Source of the DNA: Vicugna vicugna
Lineage: Eukaryota
NCBI GenBank assembly: GCA_013265495.1
Contig: MU058217.1
Coordinates: 248,001 to 312,000, forward strand
DNA: 64,000 nt
Direction: 5' to 3'
Shown here: piece after piece, positions 50,021 to 62,500 of the stretch
Layout of the letters: the number at the start of each line of letters is the position of its first letter
Position numbering within the stretch: position 1 is the stretch's first letter
Notes under the pieces: generated by a model
Database searches by the model: none
Told to the model about the DNA's origin: nothing
What the model saw: only the letters and a program-made list of their open reading frames with translations
Position numbers and translations under genes: made by a program

Positions 50021-52052
50021 ACTGGGTTTGGGGACAAGCAAAGGAACGTCTGTGGGTGACCAAGTGGTCTGTGGGGGTTGCATCTCCTGTTTCTCATCCC
50101 CACACCCCAGTGCATCGTGCATACCTTGTTTTGGGTCACAGAGTGGAGGCTGTGGTTCCTCGAAGCCTCTGGAATCTTCCAGGCTCCCTTGTTAGAATGG
50201 AGCTTTGCATTTCAATGAGTGGAAAAAAAATAAGCAGAAGAGGATTTGCCAAAAGGGAAAATCAAGTGCGTTTATGACTCCTCTTTGTGTGCACAGATGT
50301 TTCCTCCCTGGGTCACCCCCCTTCACGGAGGCTTAATGGCCACAAACAGATGGGAAGTGACTCGCGGTCGAGCAGAGAGCCAAGCTCATTGGCAGAAGTC
50401 GCCTTGCACAGAGCCGTGTGGGGGTCAGCCTGGGGAGGGGTCCTCAGTGGGGTTTGGCTTCTGCCATGCCACCTGGCCAGAGCTAGTCCTCCATCCATGA
50501 CAATATCAGCACCAGGGCGTAGGGTGGCCGGAGAGCAAGGGGGAGACTCCATACCGGGACTGGGAGACACAGCGTCCAATCCTCGTCTGTCTCTGAGCCT
50601 CAGTTTCCCCTCCTGTAAAATGGCACCGTGGGCTCAGATGATCTCTAAGGTCCCCTCCATCTCTGATTTTTGTGTCAGCCCTGCATTGCTTGAGAAAGTT
50701 CTTTACTGTTGTTCATTTTGTCTTAAGTCAGTTCGTCTTACAAATAAAGCCCTCCCTCCCTGCAGGTCTCCCTGCCATTCAAAGGCTAATACAGTGAACC
50801 CTACACTAATGAACAGTGTTCATTTTAGGGGCTGGCAAGTGAGATGGGATATGTCAAGGGGGACTTTACTACCAAATATTATCTAACTATTTTAAATAAG
50901 TCTATATTCGTGCATTAGCTCATAATGGAGTAAGTTAAAGATTTTAAAAATGCACTAAAATTCATGTGCTCATTATGGAAAACTTGGAAAATACAGAAAA
51001 GCAGAAATAAGAAAAAATATCATTCTTTTCCTTGTTTTTTTGGTGTATATATTTGTCTACATGATTGGGATCATATGGTATGTTTAAAGTTGTATATATT
51101 CATTTGGAGGACGGGCAGTGATTTCCCTGCTTGTAAAAAAAATTTTGGTAAATACATTTTTAAAATAAAGAAAAATTTTGTTTTTAATTTTCAAAATTAA
51201 AAAAAATTACTAAAAAATTTAAATATGATAAAATAAATACACTTACAACAGCCAGCGGAATCCCACAATACGAAGATAACCACTGTTAACATTTTTGTGT
51301 GTTTCCTTCGTGCTTCGCTTGGGGTGGGGAGAGCATTATTTTCTGTGGTTGAGGTCACACAGCAGATTCTGATGTCTAAAGTAGGAACCACTCTTAGAGA
51401 GATGATGATATAAAAGAGGGTTTTGATGGCAGAAAGCATTGGCCACTGGGTGGTTTTTTAGTCTTTCCTGTTCTAAGGGGGTACGGGGGAGACTTGGTTC
51501 ATTCAATATGAGTTTTAAATATGCAGAAAGTCACCACTCAGGTTCTCAGGCAAAGAAAGCGGCCGCGATGGTGCTCTGCATAGCGCAGCGTTGCTTGGGT
51601 GGAGGAGGGAGGCAGAGGCTCCTTGTTTGGTGAGTCTTGCAGCACAGTGTCCACAAAGCTTCAATAGTTCCCTCATTGTCGGCATGAGCTTGGACAGAAA
51701 AGGCGGCATCAGCTACAGATGGCTCCCCACACGTGGCCAGAGGCTTCATCTGTACTGGCCTTGAAGGATGTTGCAGGAGAAACATGTTATCCTGGTTCTG
51801 GAATGGGAGGGAAGCAGCAGAGGGGGACCAAGGGAAACACTCGGGTACCAACCTCATCCCTGATCTGGAGAATCCACCAGACAGCACAGTTGGCTGGATT
51901 CCTGAGTTGGGAGAGTTCACTAAGTGAGGGCTCTCAGATGCATTGATAATGATCACTTCCCTGGTGGCATCCTCCTAATTTCAGTTGATCTCTCAGTGCC
52001 TGGAGAGTAAGTGGGTGGTGTCTTCACCTGCATACCTTCAAGAAACTTCGTC

Positions 52053-52150
52053 TCGCTTGCTTGCTCGCTTGCTTGCTTGCTTGCTCGCTTGCTTGCTTGA
52101 AGTACAGTCAATTACAATGCATCAATTTCTGGAGTACAGCACAATGCTGT
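52053..52150 (-). mobile_element. Short L1 3' end whose tail has become a (GCTT)n microsatellite
   Basis: A (GCTT/GCTC)n array at 52053-52098 abuts TTGAAGTACAGTCAATTACAATG...TTTCTGGAGTACAGCACAATG. Confidence 0.8.
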
Positions 52151-53944
52151 TTCTTTCATATCCAATGTTAATACAGCTTGGCTGGATATGTACCCATTGA
52201 TGTCAAACTTTTTGGACAGAAACTCCTATTTGCAGCTTAGCCTGTTCCATCATTCAACAAATGTTGATTGAACAAAACAATGACCATGCCCATGAAGCTT
52301 TGACCTCAGTGGGACTTGTCTTCGAGTAGTTTGTAGCATTTTCAGATGGGCGATGCCAGGCCCCGATGAGCTGTGAGGAAAACAGAGTCCCTGCCTCACG
52401 GAGCGTTTATTCTAGTGGGAAGTGTTCTCCAGCTGTTAGTAGGAGTAGAGGAAAAGTTTGGGGAAGAACTAATTTCCTAGATACCTTCCCTCTTTGCCTG
52501 TTGCTGTGCATAAATTTTTAAATAATCTTTGTATTATTTTTGCCATTGATTACTGATTTTAACATACGTGTTCTGGTCTTTTCTAATGTGTTCCTTCTTA
52601 AGCCCACACTAATTCATTATTTCCTTGCTTTTTTTTACTTTGCAATTATGGGAGATCCTTTTAAGTTTACTCTGAACTTTACTGATGTAACTTTTAATAT
52701 TTTTATTTATCCGCAACTGCTACTGTGGATTTAAATGAGCAGTTTTCGTATAATCCTTACCTCATCTGGTTTCTTCTTTATGTCATCCATTCTACTTTAC
52801 CTGGTTTTTTTCCATTATGATTTTTCTGTTCCTCTTTCAAAGAGGTAACAACTTCTTGACTCTAGCAGTTTCCTGACACTTTGACTTAATTCTGCATTTC
52901 TTTCTGAGATGTGCTCTTCCTTTGAGCCTTCTGGGTGGCATTTCCTCACTCTTTTCCCATGTGTTTCCTCCCTTTCTTTACTCATTCTTAACAAAGCAGG
53001 ATCTGTGTAGACTCTGCATTATATCAGCAGAGTACAGATATCTGTCACCGGCTGTGGTACTTTGTGCACTTCAAAGAAGGTTGAATCCCCTTCCAAGTTG
53101 CATACTTGCAGGTTCAACCATGCACTCATCTCCCAGTCCAGTTCTTGTGTTCAAACTGGCTGTCACCTGGCACACTGCTCCTTGGCTGCCTGGCTCTCTG
53201 ATGTTCTGAACGGGTGGAGTGCGTGAGAAATCACAGTTCCCCTGGTCCCATCCCCATGTACTGCGGCCAGGGCATTCTTCCGACTTGACCTGTGTGATTC
53301 ATCCCGCTCTGAATGGTTAATACCCTTTCCCAGCCCCTGCACCCACCTGCGCTGCCTACTTGCTTGTTTCCTGGGAATTGTTGTACCGAAACAGGTGATG
53401 GGTACGGAGAAGCAGATCTCGGGCTGCTTCTGAGCCACAGGAGCTGGCTGTTCGGGGCTCAGGTGGGTGCAGGTCGTGCACCTCACATCAGGGGCTGGGA
53501 ATGGCGAAGACGCCAGGTGCATCTCCAGTTAGAGACAGCAGCAAGGGGGTGGGGGCTGTTTCCCCTTTCACGGTTCATCTCCATTTTATAAGATTTTCTC
53601 CATTTGCTCCACTGGCCTCAATGGTTCTGGAGGGTTTTTCCACCAGATTCTGATTGTCCACAATTTTTAGTTTTTTTGAAGCTTGGGTGAGTTTTAGCTT
53701 TTTTTGTTTTTCCTCTTATTGCTACTTTAATCAGAAGTTGACAGTGGTGTCCACAAGGCTCCTGCCTGGTGTCCCTTTCCATGGGAAGTCCTCTGCATCC
53801 CTTTACTGTGCTCTTGGTCCTCCCCGTGGTGACTCAGGCTCACACTGGGGACTTCGTTCCTATAGTTGTGGGTATGTGGTCAGTAAGAATTCAGGTTTGG
53901 TTTTCTGGGATTCAAAAAAGAACCGCCTAAGCCATTTGGTGGAT

Positions 53945-55273
53945 GCCATCTCCGGTCAGATGCTCCAGGTCATTTTGCACATGACCTGAAGCTGTGTTTC
54001 TCAAAGTGGGCTGTGTCTACAACTAAAGCTAGGCGAGACGATCTTAGATCATGTTGAAATAACAGTTTTTAAGTTACATTTATTTTAGTGTTTAGTAGGA
54101 AAAAAAAAAACAACCAAACCAATCCATGATTTCACAGGTATGTATTGCTGAGGACCAGTCTAAGTTTAAGTTCCCTGTAAGTCAGTTGAAAAAGTTATGT
54201 AAAGCATCGTGCAGCCGAGGCATAATTATGGGAAAATCTTGACAGTGGAATGTGGGTGATGGAGGTCTGGGAGATGCTGAGCTGAGGAAACCTCACGGGT
54301 CTAGAATGGGGCCTGTTAGGAGGCCTTTGAAACTGGGTGCCATTTCTGATATGTCCACTTGATCTTGGGAATCTGTTACGGTGTGGGACACATACAAACC
54401 TTTTGAGGGGCCTTGGACCCAACCGTGTTGGGTTCAAGAAAATGACTTCCAGTCACTTCACAGAAGCCATCGACTGGCCTGGTGGGCTGGGCCAGCCCCT
54501 ACCTTCATACAGCCCTGCCCTCTTTCTCGCTCTCTTCTGTGTGGGCATCTATCTGAATGTCTTACCTGCCTTCCCTGTTTGTCCTCAACGCTCCCCAGCT
54601 CCTTGTATGCCCGTGTGCAGATTTCCACGCCCACCTTACTTCCAAATTCCTCCTTTGGAGATGAGCAGGGGTAACCACCTCTCAGTGGTCAGTAAGCATT
54701 TTCTTCGTTATCTCACGTGGATACTTGTTTTTTTTTTAAACACCTTTATTTTGGTGTGATTCCTGTACAGTAAACTACGCATATTTCAGATGTACAATTT
54801 GATGAATTTTGATAGATGTCTACACCAGTGAAACCACCACCACAATCAAGATAGCTGACATTTCCATCACTCCTCAAGAGGTGCAATTTTCGAATTCCCA
54901 GTTTATCCCTTCCCACCCCATCACGTGGACATTTAACTACGAATTTCTTCTTAAGAGCCCTTCCTTGTTGGCTTCCTGTGACTCTGATTCTCAAACCTCA
55001 TATCCATTCTCTCCCTATCATGTAGCCCCTGAGTGTGAGGCACTGGGCTGGGTTGGAGGGGAAGAGGATTAAAACCTGGTTTTTTGCCTTTAAGAGTTCT
55101 GAGAGGGGCACAGGGGTGGGATGGACTGGGCTGTTGCATCGGGGAGAATTCATTCTCCTGCTACTTGAATGCCAGCCTCCCCATCCCCACCAAGGTTCTG
55201 CTGTGCACCCTTTCTGCCTGAATTCAGAGTCAGCCTGTAGGATTTCACCGCCATCTCCGGTCAGATGCTCCAG
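53945..55273. repeat. Perfect 24-bp direct repeat pair, 1305 bp apart
   Basis: GCCATCTCCGGTCAGATGCTCCAG at 53945-53968 and 55250-55273. Confidence 0.92.
54727..54920 (-). mobile_element. L1 3' fragment (L1MB-like)
   Basis: TGTACAATTTGATGAATTTTGA...GTGAAACCACCACCACAATCAAGATA...CATTTCCATCACTCC. Confidence 0.8.
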
Positions 55274-56211
55274 TTCACGTGCCAAGGGCCAGACTCCTCC
55301 AGGGATCGCTTTGAACTTGAATATATAGACAACAACCTCTACCATGTGCCCTGAGATGGCTCCCACCGCGGCTGGGTCTCTGGGTGACCAGTTCTCTCGT
55401 TCCCTTTAGCACCGGCTTTTACTTTCTCCCATTCCCCTTATGTCTCATCAGTTACCAGGGCTTATTCTCCTTCTTACTTCCTGTCCCTCTGCTCCAGTCA
55501 AGCCCTTCCTTTCCATCCCCGCTGTCGTGCAAATTCCGTACCTTCTGAGGAGCCTCTCCTGCCCATCCCAGCTGAAAGGGCTCTGCCTTCCTCTGGGTTC
55601 TGAAAACTCTCATTGTCCGCCAGCTTATCAGTTGGCGCTCATTACTCACAGACTCCCATGTACGGTTACTCCTTGTTTTCACTTGTGTTTCTGCCTAATC
55701 TTCCAAGCTTTAGAAGTCAGGTCCTGTACAGGATGCTTGCCTGCATGGTCCACAGCATTCAGGAAGGGGTCGTTAGTAACTGTTAGTTGCTTGATGGACC
55801 ATGTAGCCAAGGGGCTGCCCATCAGGGAGGGGGTGGGTGTGTCTTTGAGACCCTGTACCCTGGAGACTGCGCGGGCTGGTGAATGATTTCTCTCCAGGAC
55901 TATGAAGCATTTAGAAAAAGTGAGTCATCGCCATTCCCAAATATTCTTTCTTATTGTCATTATCGGACAACACGATTTGTCTAGCGCAGGACGAGGTCTC
56001 TGAGATTGAACACACTGTGGAGCTCCGCGAGCGCTGCTGCCCATGGTCCCTCTCGTTTTCTGGCTGCATTTTTCGTCGGGAGCTGGGCAGCTTCCCTCTG
56101 GGTGCCTGTTTCACCTTCCCCAGAGATTCTGCCCCTGGGTATCTATAATGTGGCTTCTGGGTCACACTGGCCAGGTTCTCTTGAACTAAACCACGTCTGT
56201 GGGTCCCAGAC

Positions 56212-56830
56212 TTTTGTTTTTAATTGAGGTAAAATATACCTAACATGAAATCTACCATTTTAACTATTTTCAAGGGTATGGTTCAGTGGCATTAGGTATT
56301 TTCACATTGTGGTACAACCATCGCCACTGTCCATCTAAGGAACTTTTCCACTTCGCAAAACTGAAATTCTGTCCCTTATTAATCTGTAGCTCCCCTTCCC
56401 CCTCCCCCCAGGCCCTGGCAGCCACCATTCTACTTCCTGCTCCTGTGAATTTGACCACTATAGGAACCACACAGAAGTGGAATCATATAGTATTTGCCCT
56501 TTTGTGGCTGGCTTATTTCCCATAGCACAGTGTCTTCCAGGTTCATCCATGATGTGGCATGTGTCAGATTCCTGTTTAACGCTGAACAGTGTCCCAGTAT
56601 GGATGGACCACATTTTGTTTATCCATCCATCCATCAGTGGCCACTTGGGTTGTTTCCACCTTTGGCTATTGTGAATTAGGTGGGAGGTGTGATCTCATTG
56701 CTGTTTGCATTTCCCGAATGACTAGGAATTATCTTTTTATGTGCTTTTGGCCATTTGTATATCTTCTCTAGAGAAATGCCCTTCACCTCTTTTAAAATTG
56801 GGTGGTTTGTGTTTGCCGTTGAGGCTAAAC
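56212..56830 (-). mobile_element. L1 3' fragment (L1MB-like)
   Basis: TTAATTGAGGTAAAATATAC...GTTCAGTGGCATTAGG...CCCTGGCAGCCACCATTCTACTT...CACTTGGGTTGTTTCCACCTTTGGCTATTGTGAAT. Confidence 0.9.
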
Positions 56831-57291
56831 TTTTTTGTGTCCAGGGAAACTGCAGGGCAAGTCCTACTCCACCAGCCCCTGCTGATAGTAACAGCCGCCG
56901 TAATGACTTGCGTGACCCTCGCGCTGCTTGAAGTATTTACGTGGGTTCTTTCTCCCCGTTAATCCTCACAGCAACCATCTGGGGAAGATTCTGTGGTCAT
57001 CTCTACTTTACACGGGAAGAAACTGAAGCTTAGAGGGTGTGACCCTGGTCTGACTCTGTCCCCCGAGGATAGCATTGCTGTCCTCGCCCCCACCCAAGGA
57101 GCTGGCATTGAAACCTCTTCATAGTGGACACTTCATCCATGTGTTTGAGAAAAGAAGTGATAGTTTATAGGAAATCACCCAGGCCTCGGGACCTCGGTTC
57201 CTCCGGAAAACCGTATTTACTTCAATAGAATCAGTTCCTAAAATCCCAGAGGTTTACATCTGAAAGCAAACCCAGAAGTACATGGCATTTT

Positions 57292-57405
57292 AAAAAATTC
57301 ATTTTTTACTAATTAATCATTTTTTTATTGGAGGTACTGGGGATTGAACCCAGGACCTCGGGCATGTGAAGCGTGGGCTCTTCCACTGAGCTATAACCTG
57401 CCCCT
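57292..57405 (-). mobile_element. tRNA-derived camelid SINE with ~18-bp TSD
   Basis: TGGAGGTACTGGGGATTGAACCCAGGACC...CACTGAGCTATAACC. TSD AGAAGTACATGGCATTTT (57274) / AGAAGTGCATGACATTTT (57406), with two mismatches. Confidence 0.9.
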
Positions 57406-59320
57406 AGAAGTGCATGACATTTTAAGTGCTAAACCTTCAGCTACTCCAAAAAGCTTTCTGAGCAGTGTGATATATTCACCAAGGATCCAAGTCCCTGCTG
57501 AAACTCATTTTGTTGGTGGAGGCGATGTTGCTCTCACAATCCTTTCTTCACTTGAAACTTAACAGCTCTGTGACCCATGAGCTGTTTTCATCTGAGATGC
57601 TCAACATGGCCTCCTCTTTCACGTGCTATCTGTCCTGGTTTGGAGGTGACGAGGGTGAGTGAAGGCAGGGGACCCTCACCTTGCCCCTCTGGGAGCCGCA
57701 GCTTTCCCAGCCCTGGACGGTTCTGACACACTGGTTCTTTGGGGGAGCCTTCTCCATCCTTTTTCTGTTGGCTTTTATCTGGCCTTGGGTTCACGCAGCT
57801 GGGGCTGGAGCTGGGGCCAGAGCCGTGACTTCGGGTTGGGAAGAAGTTGGCGGAACATTCCCCAGCAGGGCTTGGGCAGACCCAGGGAGTCCCGCCTAAA
57901 ATACAGAGGACAAAGGCGCTCTTGTCCACCGGCCTGGGGGTGGGAGGCATCTGGTCAGTGACACAGGCTTGGCCATTGTATGTCGTGACCTCAGCCAACT
58001 TTTTTTTAGCTGAGAAAGGGGAAAAAGGGAGAGTGCAAAAAAGAGAAAAGAAAGAAAGAAAGAAAGCAGGCCTCCAGATCCTTTGCATCTGGAAAGTCCA
58101 GAATGCGTTGCTGATTTCCCCACAAGAGCTGGAGCAGATTTGGAAGGAAATGCGCAATGTGGTGGGTTCTTTGTGAAAGAACAGCAGTGAGAAAAGCCGC
58201 AGGAACATCCTCCCGGGTGCCTGGCGCCCTGACCCTGGGGGAGCTGCTCGCCTGGGCCTCATTTCCCGCAGAGGGGGCCATGCAGAGGAAGCTGGCAGGG
58301 GCCTGGCCCTCAGCCCGGCGACTTCAGACGGGACCCACGACTCTATGAGTGCACAGCCCCTGAAGATGAGCTCTTCCCCAACGATGGTAAGACGCGATCC
58401 TGCTCGCCTGCTGATGTGTGTTCAGCTGGCTTTTCTCCGCATGATCCTGGAATGACGTTGACATTTTAAAGAGGCCGTTCTCAGAACCCCCCCGAGATGT
58501 GGGCTCCCAACTGCTGAGCTTACAAGGTCTGGTGTGTTGGGGGCGCCTTTCGCAGGCCCAAGGCAAGTGGAGGGAGGGGTAGAGAAGATGTGGTTGTTGT
58601 TTGAGAAAGCAGGAAGGGAGGGGGGAGATGATTGAAAGGGGGTGTTTGTTGAGGGAAGGGGAATCTTGCCTCCCCCTTGGTTACCTGGGGAAGCAGTTTA
58701 GTTCATTGTGACCGAGAAGCAGGGTAGAGACGTGCATTTTTCTGTCATGGGGATCGGAGATCTTGCCTCTCCCACTTAATTCCTCCCAAATCCAAGGCCT
58801 GGTTTCTACCCACCCACCTACCCTCTACTCCATGGCCCAGTTCCAGCAGGGGCACTGCAGGGTGGAAGCCCATTAGGGGACACAGCTCCCTAGAAGATCT
58901 GTCCAGTTAATCTGGTATCTGCACTGTGCTTCCAGGCTGGACTGGAGGCTTCTGTCCAGTTTGGTGGTGGCAGCAGTGGCCGCCATAAATTAGATGGTGG
59001 ATGCTCTCCTGAGACGTAGGAGGAGAACAGCCTTATTTCGCTAACCCTCCTGCCTCTAAAAGTTAGACTCCCCACCTCTTATCAGCCAAGACTTTAGCAG
59101 CCACTGTCCTGAGGTTCTGGACAGCTGAGGGAAGTCTGCTTTCGATAGAAAGGCTCGTCTGTCTCTGCACAGAAGCTTCTTCCAGGACGTTCTGTCGCAC
59201 TGGCTGGGTCAAAACCAGCATCTCTGGTTTCAGCTTGAATTGCAGTAGAGGCCTGAACCTGTACCAGGAGGAGAAAGAGTGCTCATTATCCTGGAGCATC
59301 TTGACCTAGGAAAGTTCATA

Positions 59321-59556
59321 GCAGGGCTTCTCAAAGGTCAAGGTACATCTGAATTGCCCAGGGACCTTGAAAATTGTAGAGCCTGGCTCTAGGGTGGGGC
59401 CTGAGAGCTTGCCTTTTTTTTTTTTTTTTTTTTTTGATTAGCAGAGGTGCTGGGGATTAAACCCAGGACCTTGTGCATGCTAAGCACTCACTACATTTCT
59501 AATCAGCTCACAGAGGATGCCTGGGCCCCTGGTGCAGGGACCACACTTGGAGAAGG
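59321..59556. mobile_element. MER5-like hAT relic interrupted by a SINE
   Basis: GGCTTCTCAAAG...GGGTGGGGCCTGAG...CATTTCTAA...GGGACCACACTTGGAGAA. Confidence 0.75.
59414..59487 (-). mobile_element. 5'-truncated camelid SINE with a pure 22-nt poly(A) tail
   Basis: T22 followed by AGAGGTGCTGGGGATTAAACCCAGGACCTTGTGCATGCTAAGCAC. The A-box end is missing. Confidence 0.85.
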
Positions 59557-62500
59557 ATTCTGGTAAAGAACTGAGACCAATCCATCAAGTTCTGACAGTT
59601 ACAGCTGCCCAGGACCTGGCTGCAGAGCCCTGGGGGTTCTGGTGTTTCTGGCCTTGGCTGAGGATGGTGGCTGGGAGGTTTATGGGGAAGAAGGGATTAG
59701 CAAGAAGATGAACACTGAGGGGCATTCAGGGAGCGGGGAGGAGCCCAGAAAAGCTCTTGGCAGAGACCGAGGTGTGTGGGGCACAGGCCGTTGGCGGGTT
59801 GTGCCCAGGCTGCAGGTGTGGTGTGAGGGGTGAGCAGAGGTGCTGTCTGCCCACGAGCCTGGAACAGTTCCACTGGAGGCTGCCTTCCGTGCTAGGCAAG
59901 TTCTAACTTTGGACACAGGGACACCCAAGATGCTGGGATGGACGTCTGGTTCTAGGCTAAATAGAGCACAACCCTGGGTGGCTCTGGGAGTGACAGGGAA
60001 GGGGATGGACACAGGCCATCAGGATAGAAGAACTCACCAGAACTCACCATGGTGAGAGGCAGAAGCCCAGGTGTTTGGGGCCTGGGATTCATTCCAGGAC
60101 ACTCAGATGCCTCTGAATCCTGTGTCTACACTTGAATGTGACTTTTCTCCTCCTCCAAAAATTGCATGTCTTCAAAAAAGATAGACTGACATCCAGAAAC
60201 ATCGACTATTAGGCTATATATTTAAAACAAACAAACAAAAACCCCAGCCCTGGAGACCATCTGGTCCAACTTCCGTATTCTTGAGATGAGGAAATTCCAT
60301 ACCAGCGGAGATGAAGTGGCTTGCTCAAGATCTCGCAGGAAGACAGCAGCCGCTCCGAGCCTGGGCACTCCCGCCTCCCTGTTCACATCCTGTGTTCTTT
60401 GCCCTGTGCCCCAGAGCCGGGGGTACATCCCCCATAGTCACGTCCTCGGCTGTCCCATTCATCTAGTTTCCAGGAGCAGAGGCTCTGAAAATGACTTGGG
60501 TTGGTCAGAAGTGTGCCCCTTATGACTCATAGAAACGGTTCCAGCCCCTCTGAGCCATTATCTCCCTCCGGTGCTCAGGGTTCAGAGCCAACTAGGACTC
60601 GCTGAGAACCAGCTTGCAGAGTCAGAGGCCTTTGATTGGAATCACTGGGAGCACGGGCCGTTGGGGCTGCAGCGTAACTGGACTGTGCCTCGGCAGTGAG
60701 AAGACTGGCTGCCCTGCGTTTCTTTTGGTGCCCGTGGGCTTGCAAGTAGCATCCGCCAAGCTGGACCAGCTGGACGGCGGCCACGGGCCAGCTGTCAGAG
60801 ACTCACTCCCAGCTTTGTGCCCTAATGAGCTCCAGTCCACCTTCCTTTAAAACGGCACCAACCCCCCCCTGCCCCCCAGAGCATCTGTGGGCAGCAGTTG
60901 TGTCACCTGTCGTTGAAGTTTCTTTCTGGCAAGCAGGCTGGTTTGCATGAGGTGCCAGGCCTCTGAGTGCCGGGGCTAGCAACCTTCAACTCCCTCCCTC
61001 ACTTCTGAACTTCCTAGGTCAATTTTGAACAGGACAGAATGCTTGGGAAATTTAGTTATGGGGTTTTCTTCAGAGTCAGAAGAACTTGAGAGTACCAGAA
61101 AGAGTGGCATAAGGCATCTTGGGGTTTTGCACCTTAACACTAAAGAAAGGCTGTATTTCTTTTTCTCTTCCCGCCTGTCCCCCCAACCCTGTCCCAGTAC
61201 CAAGTGCTGGCATAGCTCTCTTGTTCCCAGGCTTTTTCCTCTGCAAAGGGAAGCTGGACCTGGAATCATCTAGAGGAGACTTCACCCTGGCAGGAGCTCC
61301 CTAGGAAGAGTGTTGCTGCTGTATGAGCCACAAAGTGTCCTTCAAAAGCATCTCCCAGGGCAGGCAAATTGACATCAGTGTAGATAGAAACTAGTATAGA
61401 AAATCTCAGGTGCGTTTTGAGATCCTTTAGAACTATGGGAAGTGCTAAACTCTGGCCCATCTCCTTCCTCTGACAAATAGGGACTTCTCAGCCTTAAAGT
61501 GGCCAGAATAGTGACCTGTGGCAGAGGAGGAGAATTATGTGTTCAGCCTCCACGTAGAGGTTTGGGGTATAATGCCCATAACCTAGTATCCTGGTTTGGG
61601 CATAAATTTCATGATTTCCAATTTCTGTTAATTGTTTCACATTAGTGGCATCTTTCCCCCTACCAATTCTGAGTCTGGAGTGAATGAAGCAGGATCTCCA
61701 GACCAAAAGAGTTTCAGACCTCTTCCTCTTTGGAGCCCAAAAGAGTTTGGGGGACTTGCACAGGAAAAGAAAAATAAAAGGTAATGTTTCGTGGACATTT
61801 ATGTTCCTTGCCAGGATGTCTCTGTCATCACTTTTGCTTATGTGGCCGCTGCTTTTGCAAGTTGGCGCTGGGCATTTAAATCCCTTGAAATTACCTTATG
61901 GTAGTTTTAGGCTCTGTTACGAAAGACATTCCTCGGGGTGCAGAACCCCAGTGTTTGAGGGCTGGCAGTCCCTGGTTTTACAGATGAGAACACACAGGTC
62001 CAGGGAGGCAAAGGGGACTGTAAATTACAGCTTGTTGCCCGGGAAACACAGTCTCATTATGCCCAGACCCCTGGTACTTGCTGCAGATGCTTGTGAAAGT
62101 CCCGATGTGGAGGTAGGATGTCAGAACAGCCCCTGCTATTTTTATCTGCCAGGGGAGGGGTAGGAGGAAGGGAGCCAGCCTTCTCAGCAGCCCGTCAGGA
62201 AGCTGGGTTTGAATAAAATGTCTCTGTTAATCACAAGCCGGTGAGCAGAATCACTTGGATTTTTCCTGCTCAGAAGCCAGATGCTGGAACAGGCTGCCGG
62301 GAGCACACTGCCTTTCCCTTTCAAAGTCAGACAGACCTGAGAAACGGGACAAAACCTGGGGCCTTTCTCTGGGGTTCCCCAAACCCCTCTAGACTCCAAG
62401 GTGGGGAGGCAGCTGCGGCTTCCCATCTTGTTCCTGGAGCTGTTCTCATATTCCAGGAAAGCTGTGGGAATCCCCTTCCCCACGTGGCCCTCACCACGGC

